Part shown: piece after piece, positions 24,365 to 37,442 of the stretch
Layout of the letters: every line of letters starts with the position of its first letter
Position numbering within the stretch: position 1 is the first letter of the stretch
NCBI RefSeq assembly: GCF_004010195.1
Contig: NC_057728.1
Location: 53,216,174-53,280,173, forward strand
Reading direction: 5' to 3'
DNA length: 64,000 nucleotides
Origin: Chiloscyllium plagiosum
Lineage: Eukaryota
The notes under the pieces: generated by a model
The model's database searches: none
Told to the model about the DNA's origin: nothing
The model's input: the letters and a program-made list of their open reading frames with translations, nothing else
Made by a program: the position numbers and the translations under genes

Positions 24365-25340
24365 TGGTATATCACAGAATCTCAGGTGTGTAACGGCACA
24401 AACGTGGGCCATTCATCCATTGTTTCTGCACTGGCTCCTCAAGTAAACATCATGTCTTTGTGCCATTTTCCTCTCTTTCCCCTACACCTTTGCACACTGA
24501 TTCTATCTAAATGCTCATCTAATGTCTCTTGTTTGTCTCAGCTGAACCTGCCTCCATCACCCTTCTCGGCTGTGTATTCCAACCCAACCTATTTGTGCAA
24601 AAAATATTTTCTTCATTTGCTTTCTTTGGAAATCACTTTTAATTTGCACCCTCTGATTCTTGCTCTTTTTACACACAGGAGTACTTTCTCTCAAACTACT
24701 CTCTCCAGCCTCCTTGTGGTTTTAGAATCTCGTCTTAACTTCCTTCACTCCAAGGTGAATGTGTCCAATCTAATCTTACCGCTGAAGCTTCTCACACATG
24801 GAAACTTTCTTGCAAATCTCTTCTGCACTCTTCCTAATACATTCACCTCATAATATTGTGTACAGTTCTGGAGGCAATGTTCCAGCTGGGATCGAATGAG
24901 TGCCTTATGCAAATCACCTGCTTGCTCTTGTACTCAATGCTCCTACTAATAAAGACAAGAATACTGTATGCTTCATTGACTGCTTTCTCCACATGTCCTC
25001 GAGGTGGATAGGTCAACATTTCGGGTGTAACCCTTTCTTCAGGAATCCTGCAGAAGGGTTACACCTGAAACATCAACTTCTCCACCTCCTGATGCTGCCA
25101 GGCCTGTTGTGTTCTTCTAGCCTCCCGTCTGTCTATTTTGGATTCTGGCGTCTGCAGTTATTTTGTCTCTGCTCCACATGTCCTGCCACCATCAATGATC
25201 TGTGCACATTCATTCATGTTCCTCTGCTTCTGCACTTCTTGGATTTGCACTCCTATTACATTCTCTGCCCATGTTCTTTGATTAAATGTTGTTTCACACT
25301 TCCTTGCATTGAACCTCATCTGCATGTCATACTTTCCAAC
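24365..25340 (-). mobile_element. Degraded CR1 fragment with fold-back PLE insertion at 25000-25171
   Basis: CR1 remnants. PLE TSD ctccacatgtcct (24987-24999 and 25172-25184). Two opposed hammerhead-like motifs at ~25010-25075. Confidence 0.7.
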
Positions 25341-26449
25341 ATGATTTCGGAGATGAGACCCAATACAAGACAGAGATTGCACTCATGTTCAGTGGTTAGG
25401 TCAGACTATTGATCGATGATGTTTGGGTGAAAGGTCTCTATTCTTTCTAGTCTAACTCTCTAGTCTTTGAAAATTGCACATCCAGTTGGGTACAATTAGA
25501 ATTACAAATCCAGGTCCAATCCAGAACCCTGTCTACCCTGATTTTAATCATATTCTATCCTTGATGACTGTGTTTCCAGCTACCTTGGCTTGAGCTCTCA
25601 CTACCTCTCTGCCTTTTGAAATCTCTCTCTCTTTACCCCTTCCTTAAGATTCCTTAAAGTCTGCCACTTTGACTAAACTTTTGCCTATCTGTCCTAATAT
25701 CAAATTAAGTGTTTCAATATCAAAACTTATCTTCTCATGCTCTTATGAAACGATGTTATTTATTTTGTGAAAGGTGCTTTCTAAATGCAAGCTGTTGTCA
25801 TTGTCCTGAGTGTTTCTGTCAGTTGTTCAGCTTGACACCTTTAAGAAGCTTTTGCTTTCTGACATTGATTCTCAAAAATGCTGGGGTCAGTCACTTATTC
25901 AAGAAATAATTACATCAAACTGTGCATGAATTGCAAGGCATTTAACCACATACAGAGGAGACACAGGCATACACTGAGGAAAAACTAGAGGAAATGGATA
26001 ATAGAAGAGGAATGCTTTAAAGGAACACTTACATTTCTATGGCACCTCTAACATAAAAAAATCTCAATGTGTTTCACAGGAGAGAAAATTTGACTCTAAG
26101 ATACGTAAGGCGAAAATATAAAAGCAGGCAGCCAAAACCTTATTCAAAGCAGGAGGTTTTAAGAAGTTCTCAAACGAGGGAAGTGAAAAGGGGGAGAAGT
26201 TTTGGGGAGGGAATTCTACAGCCTGGTTCTAATCAACTGAACACACAGGCACCAATGTGGAACAATAAAATCGGGAAATGCTGGAGAGATTGGAATTTAA
26301 AGAATGTCGGTATTATGGATGGCTGAAAGGGACAGGCTGGGGGTGAGGCCAGGGAGGGGTGGGAAAATAAGGATGAGAATTTTAAAATTGTAGTGTCGCT
26401 TGACTGAGGGCCAATGTGGATAGGTGAGTATAGGATGAAAAAATTCATT

Positions 26450-26895
26450 CACAGAATAAGGGTGTCATTCGTTAGGACAACATTTATTGGCAGAGGGCAT
26501 TTAAGAGTCAGCCACAGTGCTGTGGGTCAGGAGTCACATGGAGGCCAGAGCAGGTAAGGATGACCATTTCCTTCCCTAAAGGACATGAGTGAACATGTTG
26601 GCTTGCTCCAACAACAGATTCATGGTCATCATTAGACTCTTAATTTCAGATTTTCGTTGAATTCAAATACCATGGTGGGATTTGAACTAAGGTCACCAGA
26701 ACATTACCTAGGTCTCTGGATTCCTGATGAAGGGCTTTTGCCTGAAACATCGATTTTCCTGCTCCTCAGATGCTGCCTGACCTGCTGTGCTTTTCCAGCA
26801 CCACTCTAATCTACACTCTGATTTCCAGCATCTGCAGTCCTAACTTGTGCTCTGAATTAACAGTCCAGTGATGATACTACTAGGCCACTGCCTCC
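26450..26895 (-). mobile_element. tRNA-headed SINE (same family as 44165-44497), interrupted by a PLE/hammerhead fragment at ~26723-26849
   Basis: Collinear with 44165-44497 once the insert is removed. CTGATGA-a-gggc-tttt-gcct-GAAAC-ATC at 26724-26751. Confidence 0.8.
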
Positions 26896-27034
26896 CATAA
26901 ATGACTAGAAGGGACTTGGTGCAAATTAGAATAAAGGCAGCAGAGGTTTGGATGACATCAAGTATCCAGGGGACAACATTGGAATAGGCAAATCTAGAGG
27001 CAGCAGAGGAAGTCAAGTTGCAAACGTATGGCAC

Positions 27035-27390
27035 ATTTTATAATTTAAAGACATTCCAAAGCTGTTTGCAGCTAATTAAGTGCATGTTTTGAATTGTAGT
27101 CCACAATGTCATATCGGAAAGGCTGGAACCAATTTGCACTCAGTGAGGTTACAAATCGGGTAACGTGATAATCTGCTCTCTCTGCAGATAAATATTGACC
27201 AGATCCCCAGGGCGAACTCCCTTGAACGTGTTGTCACCATTGAGAGGTTAGAGTGGATTTGGGTTCAAAATGTCATAGCTGAAAGATTGCATCTCCAACC
27301 ATGCAGTACTCCCTCAGTTCAGCTCCTGGAGGCTTAATCTTCATTTCATTTCTGTCATGGGACTTGAACCACAACCGCCTAGATCAGAGC
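27035..27390 (-). mobile_element. DeuSINE (SacSINE1/AmnSINE-like), degraded
   Basis: Minus-strand resemblance to the Deu domain (gagtactgcatggttggagatgcaatctttcag...ctggtcaatatttatc). Confidence 0.6.
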
Positions 27391-29999
27391 ACTCCTATCT
27401 GCGCCACAGTTTTCAGCAAGATTCCCATAGTTTAACATCAAAGGTATTCCTGTGCATTCTGCAAGGATCCCATCCACACCTATCACACCTATGCAAACAC
27501 TCTCTTTTTCTGACATGCTCCTTGGCTGTTACTTAATGTAATCCTCTGTTATTTAATGGCGTCTGGCTTCCACCCTATTACAGGCCTGCTTATGTTCTTC
27601 CAGATCTAGCAGCATTTGTCCTGCAACAAGAGTTTTTATTTCAAGTCCAATAAGATATTTTGGAACTGCATAGGAGTGGAAATATGGCATGCTTAATGTT
27701 ACTGGAAAAGGGGCAAAACAGGAAGTGTCAGGGTAAGGTTAGAGGCTTGGAACAAAAGGCTAAAGGCAGTGTTCATGGTTGTACAGAAAAGGCAAAACAT
27801 TGGTCCAGGACAGGTGTTAATAGCAGAATGACTTTTGGCTCTGATTAAAAAAGCAAACATAAAGGAAAACCACAAGATAGAAACTGAGGGAAAATGGTAT
27901 CAAAACAGAGCAGACAGTGTTCTATGTTCCATTTCTACTTTTCTTTTTCTGATGAGAGGTCATCAACATGAAATGTTAACTCTTTTTCCTCATTGATACT
28001 GTATGCCCTCAGAAAGATTCACCCCAAGCTTCTTTTTCCTGTTACATTTGTATAAGTGAGCCCTGCAGTATCAACAATCAAAAGAGACGGTCTTAAAACT
28101 GCAGGAAAGACACCAAGTGATCCTTATGCTCCATTCGGACCACAGCTCCTCCTCTGAATGCTTTACACCTGAGGACACTTTTTTGGAATGCTGTTGAGGA
28201 GACGTGAGATTAGCTACTGCTGTGTCATCAGGCATTTTCACCCAAGGCATCGCTCCCTCTTGATAAACTGTGCTTGTGCACAGGGGCTACACTCTCTGCT
28301 ACATTTGCGTCGGTGGTCATTAAAAGCTGTGTGCTATAGATTTAGATAAAGTGAGCAATGAATCATGCCACAGACAAGAACCAGCCACAAGTCAGTCCAG
28401 ACGAGTTCAGTACAGTACTGCAGCCACAGGATGTACAGTCTGGTTGATTCAATTAACTCTCAGCTCAGGAAGATTGAGGTGCAGGGGAGCCTAGCCGTCA
28501 GACATTTAAAAAAGAAGACAAAATTTAAAGTCAAGTCTCAATGAAGAAACCTGGAGGAAATAATAAAGCAGAATCTTTTTCAAAGTTCCTTGGAGGGAAA
28601 GATTTTAGGGGTGGGAGCTGGGGTTTTGGGGAAATCTATTTTAAGGAAATTATCAAAATTGCAAAATCTTTCCAATTTGTCAACTCTTGCCGAAAGTCTT
28701 TCAGGATCGGAATAAGAAAATATCACGACTGCTGCAGAATCAGGAATATGTGTGAAATGAGTGCCAAATGCAGTGTAATGAAAAATTCAAGCCAAAGCAA
28801 ATTCTAGTGGCCTTGTGCCCAAGTGTTTTACTACACAGATGGTTCACATCTTTCTTTCAGAAATGCAGGAAACTGAGCAGCCAACTGCAAGCAATTTTGT
28901 CACAATATTCACATTTGTCTCCCCCTTTTCTCCACCTCACCACCCCCCTCCTTCTCCCCCTATTTCTCCCCTTGAGCCACATTGTCTCCTCCCCTTTCCT
29001 GCACATTACTTAGATAAAATTATTTTAATCAGTCCGTTATGACACATCCCTCAGGTAGGTGGGACTGAACCTGGACCTCCTGACCCGGAGGTAGGGATCA
29101 TATAATTTAACTTGCAGAGGCGAGTACATGAATACAACACCTTTGATTGTTTCACCATGTGATTACGCGTTCCCTTTATACTCACCTCCACATTTAGCTT
29201 TATTTTAATACTGATTTGAAAGGAGCACTAAGCAAAATAGCTAAGGACATTCCTGCTTACACTGACTGTAACAGCCACACAAGAATTCTGAAAAGAGTAA
29301 CCCATTCCAGCCCACAGACTAAGTGGAAAGGGATTAACCCGGGGGAGGAAGAAGTTTTGGAAAAATCTGCAAGTCGTTCACTCGCTTGTCAAGGAAATCT
29401 GCTTTGAATTAATTAATGGAAAGCGCTTTTGCAATATGTGATTCCTTTTATTGCAATATTGTTTTTCTCTCTATCACTCATTTGCAGTTGGGTTTTCATG
29501 CAATCATTTTTGTGACTGCCAGAGAATTGGGCCCACTAGTTTGCAAATAGTTTTTGTATCCGTGTCTCTCGGTTCTGCTTCTTACATGAAGTGAATACTA
29601 AACATAACTTTGCTTCAGGGAGAGGTGCCTGTGATTGCCTGTTCAATGAAAGAGTTGAGCCATGAGAGCCAAGCGGACCCAGACTCTGGTCTGCATCATT
29701 CGAAAAGAGAAAATGAACTGGCAACTCAGTGTATTAATGCTGCGTGTTCTGTAAAGACAGTTGGCAATACTGCAGTCATATCTAACGAGTTTCAGCTTAA
29801 TAAACTTAGCTCACATATAATTTTTCCTCTGCCTTGATTGGAAAATAAAAGCAGAATCTCGAGACATGTTCTGATTAAGTATAAGCTCTCTTGATGGAAT
29901 ATTTCTCTTATTCAGTTACAGCTGAGCACTCTAAAGAGCCTTGAGGCTGGAATATTTATGTGTTTTATTGAGTCAGCATGGATTGATAAAAGGAAAGAA

Positions 30000-30350
30000 G
30001 CCGCAATTATATAGCTTCTTTCATGACCGCAGGATCTCCTATGGGGATTTGCAGCCAAGCAACACCCACTTTTTGACAAGTGGTCATTGTTGCGATTTTG
30101 GCAAAATGGCAGCAATCTGTGCATGGCTCGATCCCACAAACAGCACATCCAGGTAATCTGATAATTTTCAATAAGGCTGTTGGGGAGGAGGTTAGCAGTT
30201 GGCCATGGCACTAGGCGTCTGAATTCCCCCATTTCCTATTTGAAAGAGGACACGGGGATCTTTCACATGCACCGACAAGGGTTGACGGGATCTCTGTTTA
30301 ATATCTCAGCTCAAAGCAGTGACTTTGACACATCTGCTCCTCTGCAGCGA
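30000..30350 (-). mobile_element. DeuSINE (SacSINE1/AmnSINE-like); 3' fragments also at ~49050-49170 and 54455-54600 (+)
   Basis: Minus strand reads tgagatattaaacagagatcccgtc...gtgaaagatcccc...gctgtttgtgggatc...gcacagattgctgcc, the Deu-domain pattern. Confidence 0.7.
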
Positions 30351-32767
30351 GTGTATGATGGATATTGTGTTGGATATCATGTCCTGCTATTCCAGAGTCA
30401 TCACCCTCAAGTTAGAGATTTTTCAAAATTACACAGATTTCCCAATTTACCTGGTTTTTAGACCAATGTTGACCAGACGTCTGGCCCGGGTTTCAGTACT
30501 TAACAAAAATTGCTTCTTCTCACAAGTCAATAGACTCATGGTACAGAGTTATGGGTAAACAATTATGAACCATCAGCATATAACTCCACAAATTAAAATT
30601 CTATTCTCCTTCCACGGACGGACACAGACAGGGGAATAAAACGTTTTATCGGCAGAGAGAAAGACTGGGAAAGCAGTTCAGTGGTTCCTGTTCACCAGCT
30701 TTTCTGAGAGGTTTGTGGATCAGAATGTTGATGCTTGATCTTCCTTCTCTGGATGCTTTCACTCATTTACAAGTGGCACACGGGTGACTGGCTCACATTT
30801 ATAAAGGTCTCTGCCTCATTACTTCAACAGCTTACAGCAACTGCTGGGGCTCTTATGGCACAGTGACCCTACTTCTGAGGCAAAGGGCCCTGACATTAGT
30901 CCAACCTGCTCCAGAAGTGTGATATAACATATTGGAACAGATTGTTTAAAAGCATTTACCATGACCCCCACTCTGTGAATGTAATCCATATACATTCAAT
31001 ATGGCAGTGTGGAGTAGGCAGTGTCTGGTCTCCTGTACCTGACCTTGTCCTCTTCGTCCACTTATTTTTCCCTTTTGTCCCCTTCTTCCTTTCTCAGTTT
31101 AATTAAGTTCTTCCTCAAACTTACCTTATAAGGAGAGCTCTTTGGTTGGAAGGCAGCTTCGATGGGCTCTGGAGCTGCGGTGGCTTCATCAGAGGCAGTG
31201 TGGCTATAGAGTTGGCTGGCCTGGAAAGTCTGGAACAGAACTCTCGCTTCCATGTGGAGTGGGCCCCTGGCGGTGGCATGGTGTGGTATGGCAAAGCCCA
31301 GAGTGGAATTGTAGCAACGGAGAAGGAAAAGTTGGACCCTCTTTAAGTTATCTATCTTTATTTTTTATTTTATTTTAAGTTAATGAGAATGGTGCCCATG
31401 TATGGTGACAGTACATACTTTTCACTGTATTTTATAAAAGATAGATGTGGCAATAAATGATTCAAATTCAAATTTATTCCCTCAGAGTAACTACAACTGG
31501 TCAATAAAATATAGCAACTATTGAAGGGGAAAGAAACTAGTTTTCTTTAGGTGTAAAGTGCTTTTTTTAATGCAGAAACTAGAGAGAACCTCTGAATCTT
31601 GTGGAGATCTGATGGCTCCTCCCTATCTTGCTCAAATTCGCAAGTTGTTCAGCTACCAGGTGATCATTGTTATTGGCAGGCAGAAGGCCTTTGTCATCAA
31701 TAACTAGTTACTCATCCACAGCTCAATCAACTGCCAGCAAATCCCCATTTCTACAGAGATCTTGGCTCCAGCTCATCTGCAAGCTATCTACTGTTGCTTG
31801 AACCAGCAGCTGTGTAAACATTGCTTACAATGAGCGTCAGGTTATTTGCTATCAAAAGCAGCATTAATCTCTCAACAATCCTTGTTTTATTTTAAACAAA
31901 TTTCATTTTAGCACAAAATCAAAAATACAGAAAGATAAAACAAAAAACAGCCTTTACTCGGAGATTTTACAAAATGGTTCCAGGAATGAAGAATTTTAGC
32001 TCTGAGGTTAAGTCAGAGAAGGTGTGGTTGTTCACCATGGAGCAAATGTGATTGAGGAGAGATTTTATAGAGGTGAACAAGAAGATGATTGGTGTAGATA
32101 AGGTAGACAAAGAGTAGCTGTTTCCATGAGCTGATGGCGAAAGGACTATGAGTCACTGATTCAGGTTTTGGGCAAGAGACACAGAGAGTGTTGTAAGGAA
32201 GAACCTTTTTATAAAGTGAGTGACCTGGAAAGTCACTTCATTTTCATGGAATGTAAATGTTTTTGCCTATCTCTAATTGTCTTTGAGCTGAGGAGTTTGC
32301 TGAGCCATTTCAGACAGCAGGCCTGAATGTGGACTCACATGTAGGCCTGAATAAACCAAAGAACTGTGGATGCTGGGAATTTGAAACAAAAACAGAAATT
32401 GCTGGTGAAACTCAGCAGGTCTGGCAGCATCTGTGGAGAGAAAGTGATTTGAGTCCAGTGACCCTCCTTCAGGATTCTTCAGAATTTCTGTTATTTGTTT
32501 GGCATGGAGGCCAGACTGGATAAAGATGGCAGATTTCCATCCTTGAAGGGCATTAGTAAGCCAAAAGGGTTTTAGTAATAGATGATTTCATGGTCACTGT
32601 AAGTGAGGCAAGGTTTCAATTCCCAATGTTTTTATTAGTTGAATTTAAATTCTGCTGTTGGCTAAAATGGCATTTGGACTAATATACCATGAGCATTGAC
32701 CCAGACTGCTGCAATAAGAGACATAATCATGATATCACTGTCTTTCAGTCTCCTCTATGAGCTGGAA

Positions 32768-33091
32768 TCTGGATCAGTGGTGCTGGAAGAGCACAGCAAT
32801 TCAGGCAGCATCCGACGAGCAGCAAAATCGACGTTTCGGGCAAAAGCCCTTCATCAGGAATAAAGGCAGAGAGCCTGAAGCGTGGAGAGATAAGCTAGAG
32901 GAGCGTCACTAATGGAGATGGAGAGGTCCAGGAAGGGGAGGGAGGTGTCAGAGATGGTCCAGGTAAATTTAAGGTCAGGGTGGAATGTGTTGGTGAAGTT
33001 GATGAATTGCTCAACCTCCTCGCGGGAGCATGAGGTGGCGCCAATGCGTGATCCAGAATCTGGTTTCCAGCATCTGCAGTCATTGTTTTTA
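32768..33091 (-). mobile_element. Penelope-like element fragment (RT piece plus pLTR with hammerhead)
   Basis: RT piece EQFINFTNTFHPDLKFTWTISDTSLPFLDL. 16-bp TSD cctctatgagctggaa (32752-32767 and 33092-33107). Confidence 0.9.
32828..32859 (-). ncRNA. Minimal hammerhead ribozyme motif (PLE)
   Basis: Minus strand: tc-CTGATGA-a-gggc-tttt-gccc-GAAAC-GTC-ga. Confidence 0.7.
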
Positions 33092-34065
33092 CCTCTATGA
33101 GCTGGAAGCAGAGTCAATGAATGATTTTTGAAAGACAAGTGGATGGAACTTAAGCAAAATATATTTGCAGACCAGTGGAACAAAACAGGGAGTGGGACCA
33201 ATTGGATTTCTCTACAAAGAATTATTCATAGATTTGATGGGCTAAATTGCCTCAAACAGGGGTGTCATGAGATTTATCATGATATTGGCACTGGGAGTAT
33301 CCATTATGTCTCAAATCTCTGGAATGGGGCTTGAAACCATAACTTACCAACTTAAAAGTGGGAGTCCTACTAGCTGGCGATTGACATGTCAATGAAGCAT
33401 GGACAATAGAACAACATGAGCTACTGTGGCTCTGGAATATATCAAACCTTCATTAGATCAGTTTGAAATTATCCCATTGAAGTAATACCATCTACCTCGC
33501 ATGACATTGAATACATATGCGTAGAAATTGTACTTGGGTTAACATGCGACAAAAGAAGGGTTGCCAACCATCTAGGATTACCCAGGAGCCTCCATCAATT
33601 GAAGATCAATACAAAGGACACAGCTGTGAGCAACACTGGGGATTGTGAGGACATTCAACAAAATGTTTGCTCTTTAAAAAGGAAATTCTTGAACACTTTT
33701 GTTTATTAGTTCTAAAGATATGGCAATGGGAAATAATCTGTTTGAGAAAGTTATGAAATCTCCAGGAATGTGTTCAAAGCAGTGATAGTAACATCAGGAA
33801 AAAGACACTAAACTCTCAGAACTATTCCCTTCATACTATCATTCCATATTGCCACCTCAAAAACGTGAGGCAGAGCTGCTTGCAGAGGGACATGCAGCAG
33901 TGACAGCTCAATAGATTTTGCGACTGAAGCCTGAAACCTGGATTATGTAACAATATGGAAAATTTGTAATCACTTTAAAACATTTGGGGAATCGAAAATT
34001 GCTTTTAAAGTTGTTTGAAATGGACAATTAAAAATTTGTATCACTTGTAAAAAGATGAATTATAT

Positions 34066-34821
34066 GTTGCGGTTCTGTTCGCTGAGCTGGAAATTTGTGT
34101 TGCAGACATTTCGTCCCCTGTCTAGGTGACATCCTCAGTGCTTGGGAGCCTCCCGTGAAGTGCTTCTGTGATATTTCCTCCAGCATTTATAGTGATTTGT
34201 ATCTGCCACTTCCGGTTGTCAGTTCCAGCTGTCCACTGCAGTGGCCGGTATATTGGGTCCAGGTCAATGTGCTTATTGATTGAATCTGTGGATGAGTGCC
34301 ATGCCTCTAGGAATTCCCTGGCTGTTCTCTGTTTGGCTTGTCCTATAATAGTAGATACTATCCCATGCAAGGGCTGCACAAAACACTACATAGAACAAAC
34401 TGGAAGACAGCAAACGATCCGCATCCATGAACACCAACTAGCCACGAAACGACACAACCAGCTATCCTTAGTAGCCACACACGCAGATGACAAGCAACAT
34501 GAATTAGACTGGGACAACACTACTATTATAGGACAAGCCAAACAGAGAACAGCCAGGAAATTCCTAGAGGCATGGCACTCATCCACAGATTCAAATCAAT
34601 AAGCACATCGACCTGGACACAATATACCGACCACTGCAACGGACAGCTGGAACTGACAACCGAAGCAGCAGATTCAAACCACTATAAATGCTGGCAGGAG
34701 GCTCCCAAGCACTGAGGATGTCACCTAGACAGGGGATGAAACGTCTGCAACACAAATTCCCAGCTCGGCGAACAGAACCACAAGAATGAGCATCCGAGCT
34801 ACAAATCTTCTCCCAAACTTT
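34066..34821. mobile_element. Fold-back Penelope (Poseidon-type) element with GIY-YIG endonuclease fragment
   Basis: IPCKGCTKHYIEQTGR...HEH...FLEAWHS on +. Inverted copy 34066-34353. TSD gatgaattaKat (34054-34065 and 34822-34833). Hammerheads at 34102-34141 (-) and 34709-34748 (+). Confidence 0.9.
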
Positions 34822-36226
34822 GATGAATTAGATCTTTTGGATATTAAGAAGTACTTGTCCACAAGACACGGTGACCCTTGGCCTGAGAGCAATACCAACA
34901 GGCCATATAGCAAAGCCAAATATGAGGAGGGGTTGGACAGAAAAGCATAGTGCAAGATTGATGAATGGTCAAAAAGTATGTTTATAATGCCCATTACAAT
35001 TTCTTTCACTTTTGTGCATTACAGTGCTTATGGTGGCTCTATCGAGTGAGGGAAAAGATGGTTGCTGGTAGATCCATTCTGAGAGTTAATAAGGTTTCAA
35101 AAGGAGGTGTGCCATTGTGTGAATGATTGCACAGAATTTTATTGTAGGTTAGCGCTTTGTTTATGTGGATGCTGCTGCCTATGTGATATCAGTTAATCCC
35201 TTGAAGGAAAGACACTGGAATTCTGCCTCAGAAAGATGTGAACTTGGAAGAGCTTTGTATCTGAAAATGATGGCCAGACAGGTGAATTGGACCACCCAGA
35301 AACTCTGTGAAATGATGATCGTATATTGAAAAATGTGAGCATTTTGTTATTTTTCTCTCTTGTTGTCCTTTGTAAACACATTTTGTTTAGGTTAGTTCAA
35401 TAATGGCTCCCAGCCAATGAGCAAGTATTGGTCTTAATGTACCACATGACAGAAGGATGGTGAGAATCTTGGCGTGGAATTTTTTTAAAAACTTTCTTTG
35501 AGAAATGAAGAATTCTGGCACAATTTGAATGATTTCTCTGAAGGCACATTATATTCAGGTGCACAGTGAGTTAGCACAGTATGAAATTGGAAATAAAATG
35601 GCACAATAGTGGAATGAAACCCTAACAAAGAAGACTGTTGTAATTGAGAATTCCACATCTGGCAGAAAATGAAAAAATAGGAAATGAGAATAAAGAGAAT
35701 ATTTTCCTTATTATGACACGGGCTAGATAATTTTGAAGCATTCATATTATAACACAATTAAATGTGTTGCAGTTTATGGATAAAAGCAGTTGCCAAATAT
35801 AAATGTAACAGCGAACATTCTCAAATTTAATAACTTTCTCATCACTGTGGATATATTGGAAACTTAGAAATCAATCTTAGAAAGTTTGTAGGAGACCACA
35901 ATAAAATCAAGGGCGAGCTTTCAGGCTGCCTTTAATAGGGGCCTCAACAATGGGAATGCAGAAAGAAATGCTAATTGACAGGAAGTTCTTTTTCTGAGAT
36001 GGCAGGGGAAGTCTATCAGATATATGTGGGACTGAGAGCATGACTTCTGTGTTCACGATCTCAGTCAATAGATTCAGGTGCTCACGTTACCACAATGGAT
36101 ACTGAAGAGTTCAAAGAATTATGCCTGTGGAAAGTCTGAAGGCTGAAAGGAATACAGCAAAGAGTGACACTCCAGGTCAAAGCCAAGCACAAGAATAGAA
36201 TTTTAGAACAGAGTAGAATTCCTACA

Positions 36227-36811
36227 AAGAGTTTTGAGAAGATTTGTAGCTCAGGTTGAGTTTCTGGATGTAGGTTTGCTCACTTAGCTGGAAGGTTCAT
36301 TTCATCGACGTTTTGTCACGCTACTAGGTAACATCTTCAGTGGGCCTCAGGTGAAGCACTGCTGATAATTCCTGCTTTATATTTATATGTTTGGGTTTCT
36401 TTGGGTTTGTGATGTCATTTCCTGTGGTGAAGTCACTTCCTGTTCTTTTTCTCAGGCGGTGGTATATGGGGTCTATGTGTTTGTTGATATAGTTCCGGTT
36501 GGAATGCCATGTTGCTAGGAATTCTCATGCATGTCTTTGTTTGGCTTGTCCTAAGGTGGATGTGTTGTCCCAGTCGAAGAGGTGTCCTTCCTTATCTGTA
36601 TGTAAGGATACTAGTTAGAGAAGGTCATGTCGTTTTGTGGCTAGTTGGTGTTCATGTATCCTGGTGATCCTGGACATCACCAACCCAAAGATATAAATAG
36701 AAAGCAGGAATTATCAGCAGTGCTTCGCCTGAGGCCCACTGAAGATGTTACCTAGTAGGGTGACGAAACGTCTGGAAATGAACCTTCCAGCTCAGCGAGC
36801 AAATCTACATC
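36227..36811. mobile_element. Fold-back Penelope fragment inserted in an HE1 tail
   Basis: Minus arm 36229-36666 and plus arm 36670-36811. Imperfect TSD agaattcctaca/agaatccctgca (36215-36226 and 36812-36823). Confidence 0.85.
36736..36775 (+). ncRNA. Minimal hammerhead ribozyme motif (PLE)
   Basis: cca-CTGAAGA-t-gttacc-tagtag-ggtgac-GAAAC-GTC-tgg. Stem I cca/tgg, stem II gttacc/ggtgac. Confidence 0.8.
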
Positions 36812-37146
36812 AGAATCCCTGCAGCATGTAAACAGGCCATTCGGCCCCACAAATCCACAATGATCCTCCAAAGATTAACCCACCCAGACCCATTCCCCTA
36901 CATTTACCGCTGACTAATGCACCTAACCTGTACATTCTTGAACGCTATGGACAACTTAGCATGGCCAATCCACCTGACCTGCCCATCTTTGGACTGTGGG
37001 AGGAAACCAAAACACCCGGAGGAAACCCATGCACACACGAGGAGAATGAGCAAATTCCTCACAGATAGTCACCTGTGGCTGGAACCAAACCGGGCGCCTG
37101 ACAGTGTGATGCAGCAGTGCTAACCACTGAGCCACTGTGCCGCCCA
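36812..37146 (-). mobile_element. HE1-like SINE
   Basis: Full head gggcggcacagtggctcagtggttagcact on the minus strand, V-domain and tail. Confidence 0.9.
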
Positions 37147-37442
37147 TAAAGCTTGAGCTCCTGCTCAGTCTAAAGCTCAGAGTCCAGCAATCCTCAAATG
37201 TGCAAGTGATAGATAAGGAAACAAATGCTGATATTATCAAACAGGAAGATGAAGAGGTTTACCCAGTCAGTGACTGAAATAAACAGCACATAGAAGATCT
37301 AAGTGAAGGTTCTGAAGACATAATTCTCGTAATGACTTTTAAAATGAAAATCAGAGATTCAAAATTTATTCATATCTTTGACACAGCTGCCATGTTTGTT
37401 AACTTGGAAAGATAGAGACTGTGAGACTGACGAGTTGTCACG

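Noticed and set aside
24341..25412. Two 170-aa + strand ORFs
   Set aside because: They are antisense readings of a degraded CR1 and a PLE insertion.
28090..28520. Possible coding exon in a unique, GC-richer block
   Set aside because: Only short frames on either strand and no convincing splice-site pair or recognisable motif.
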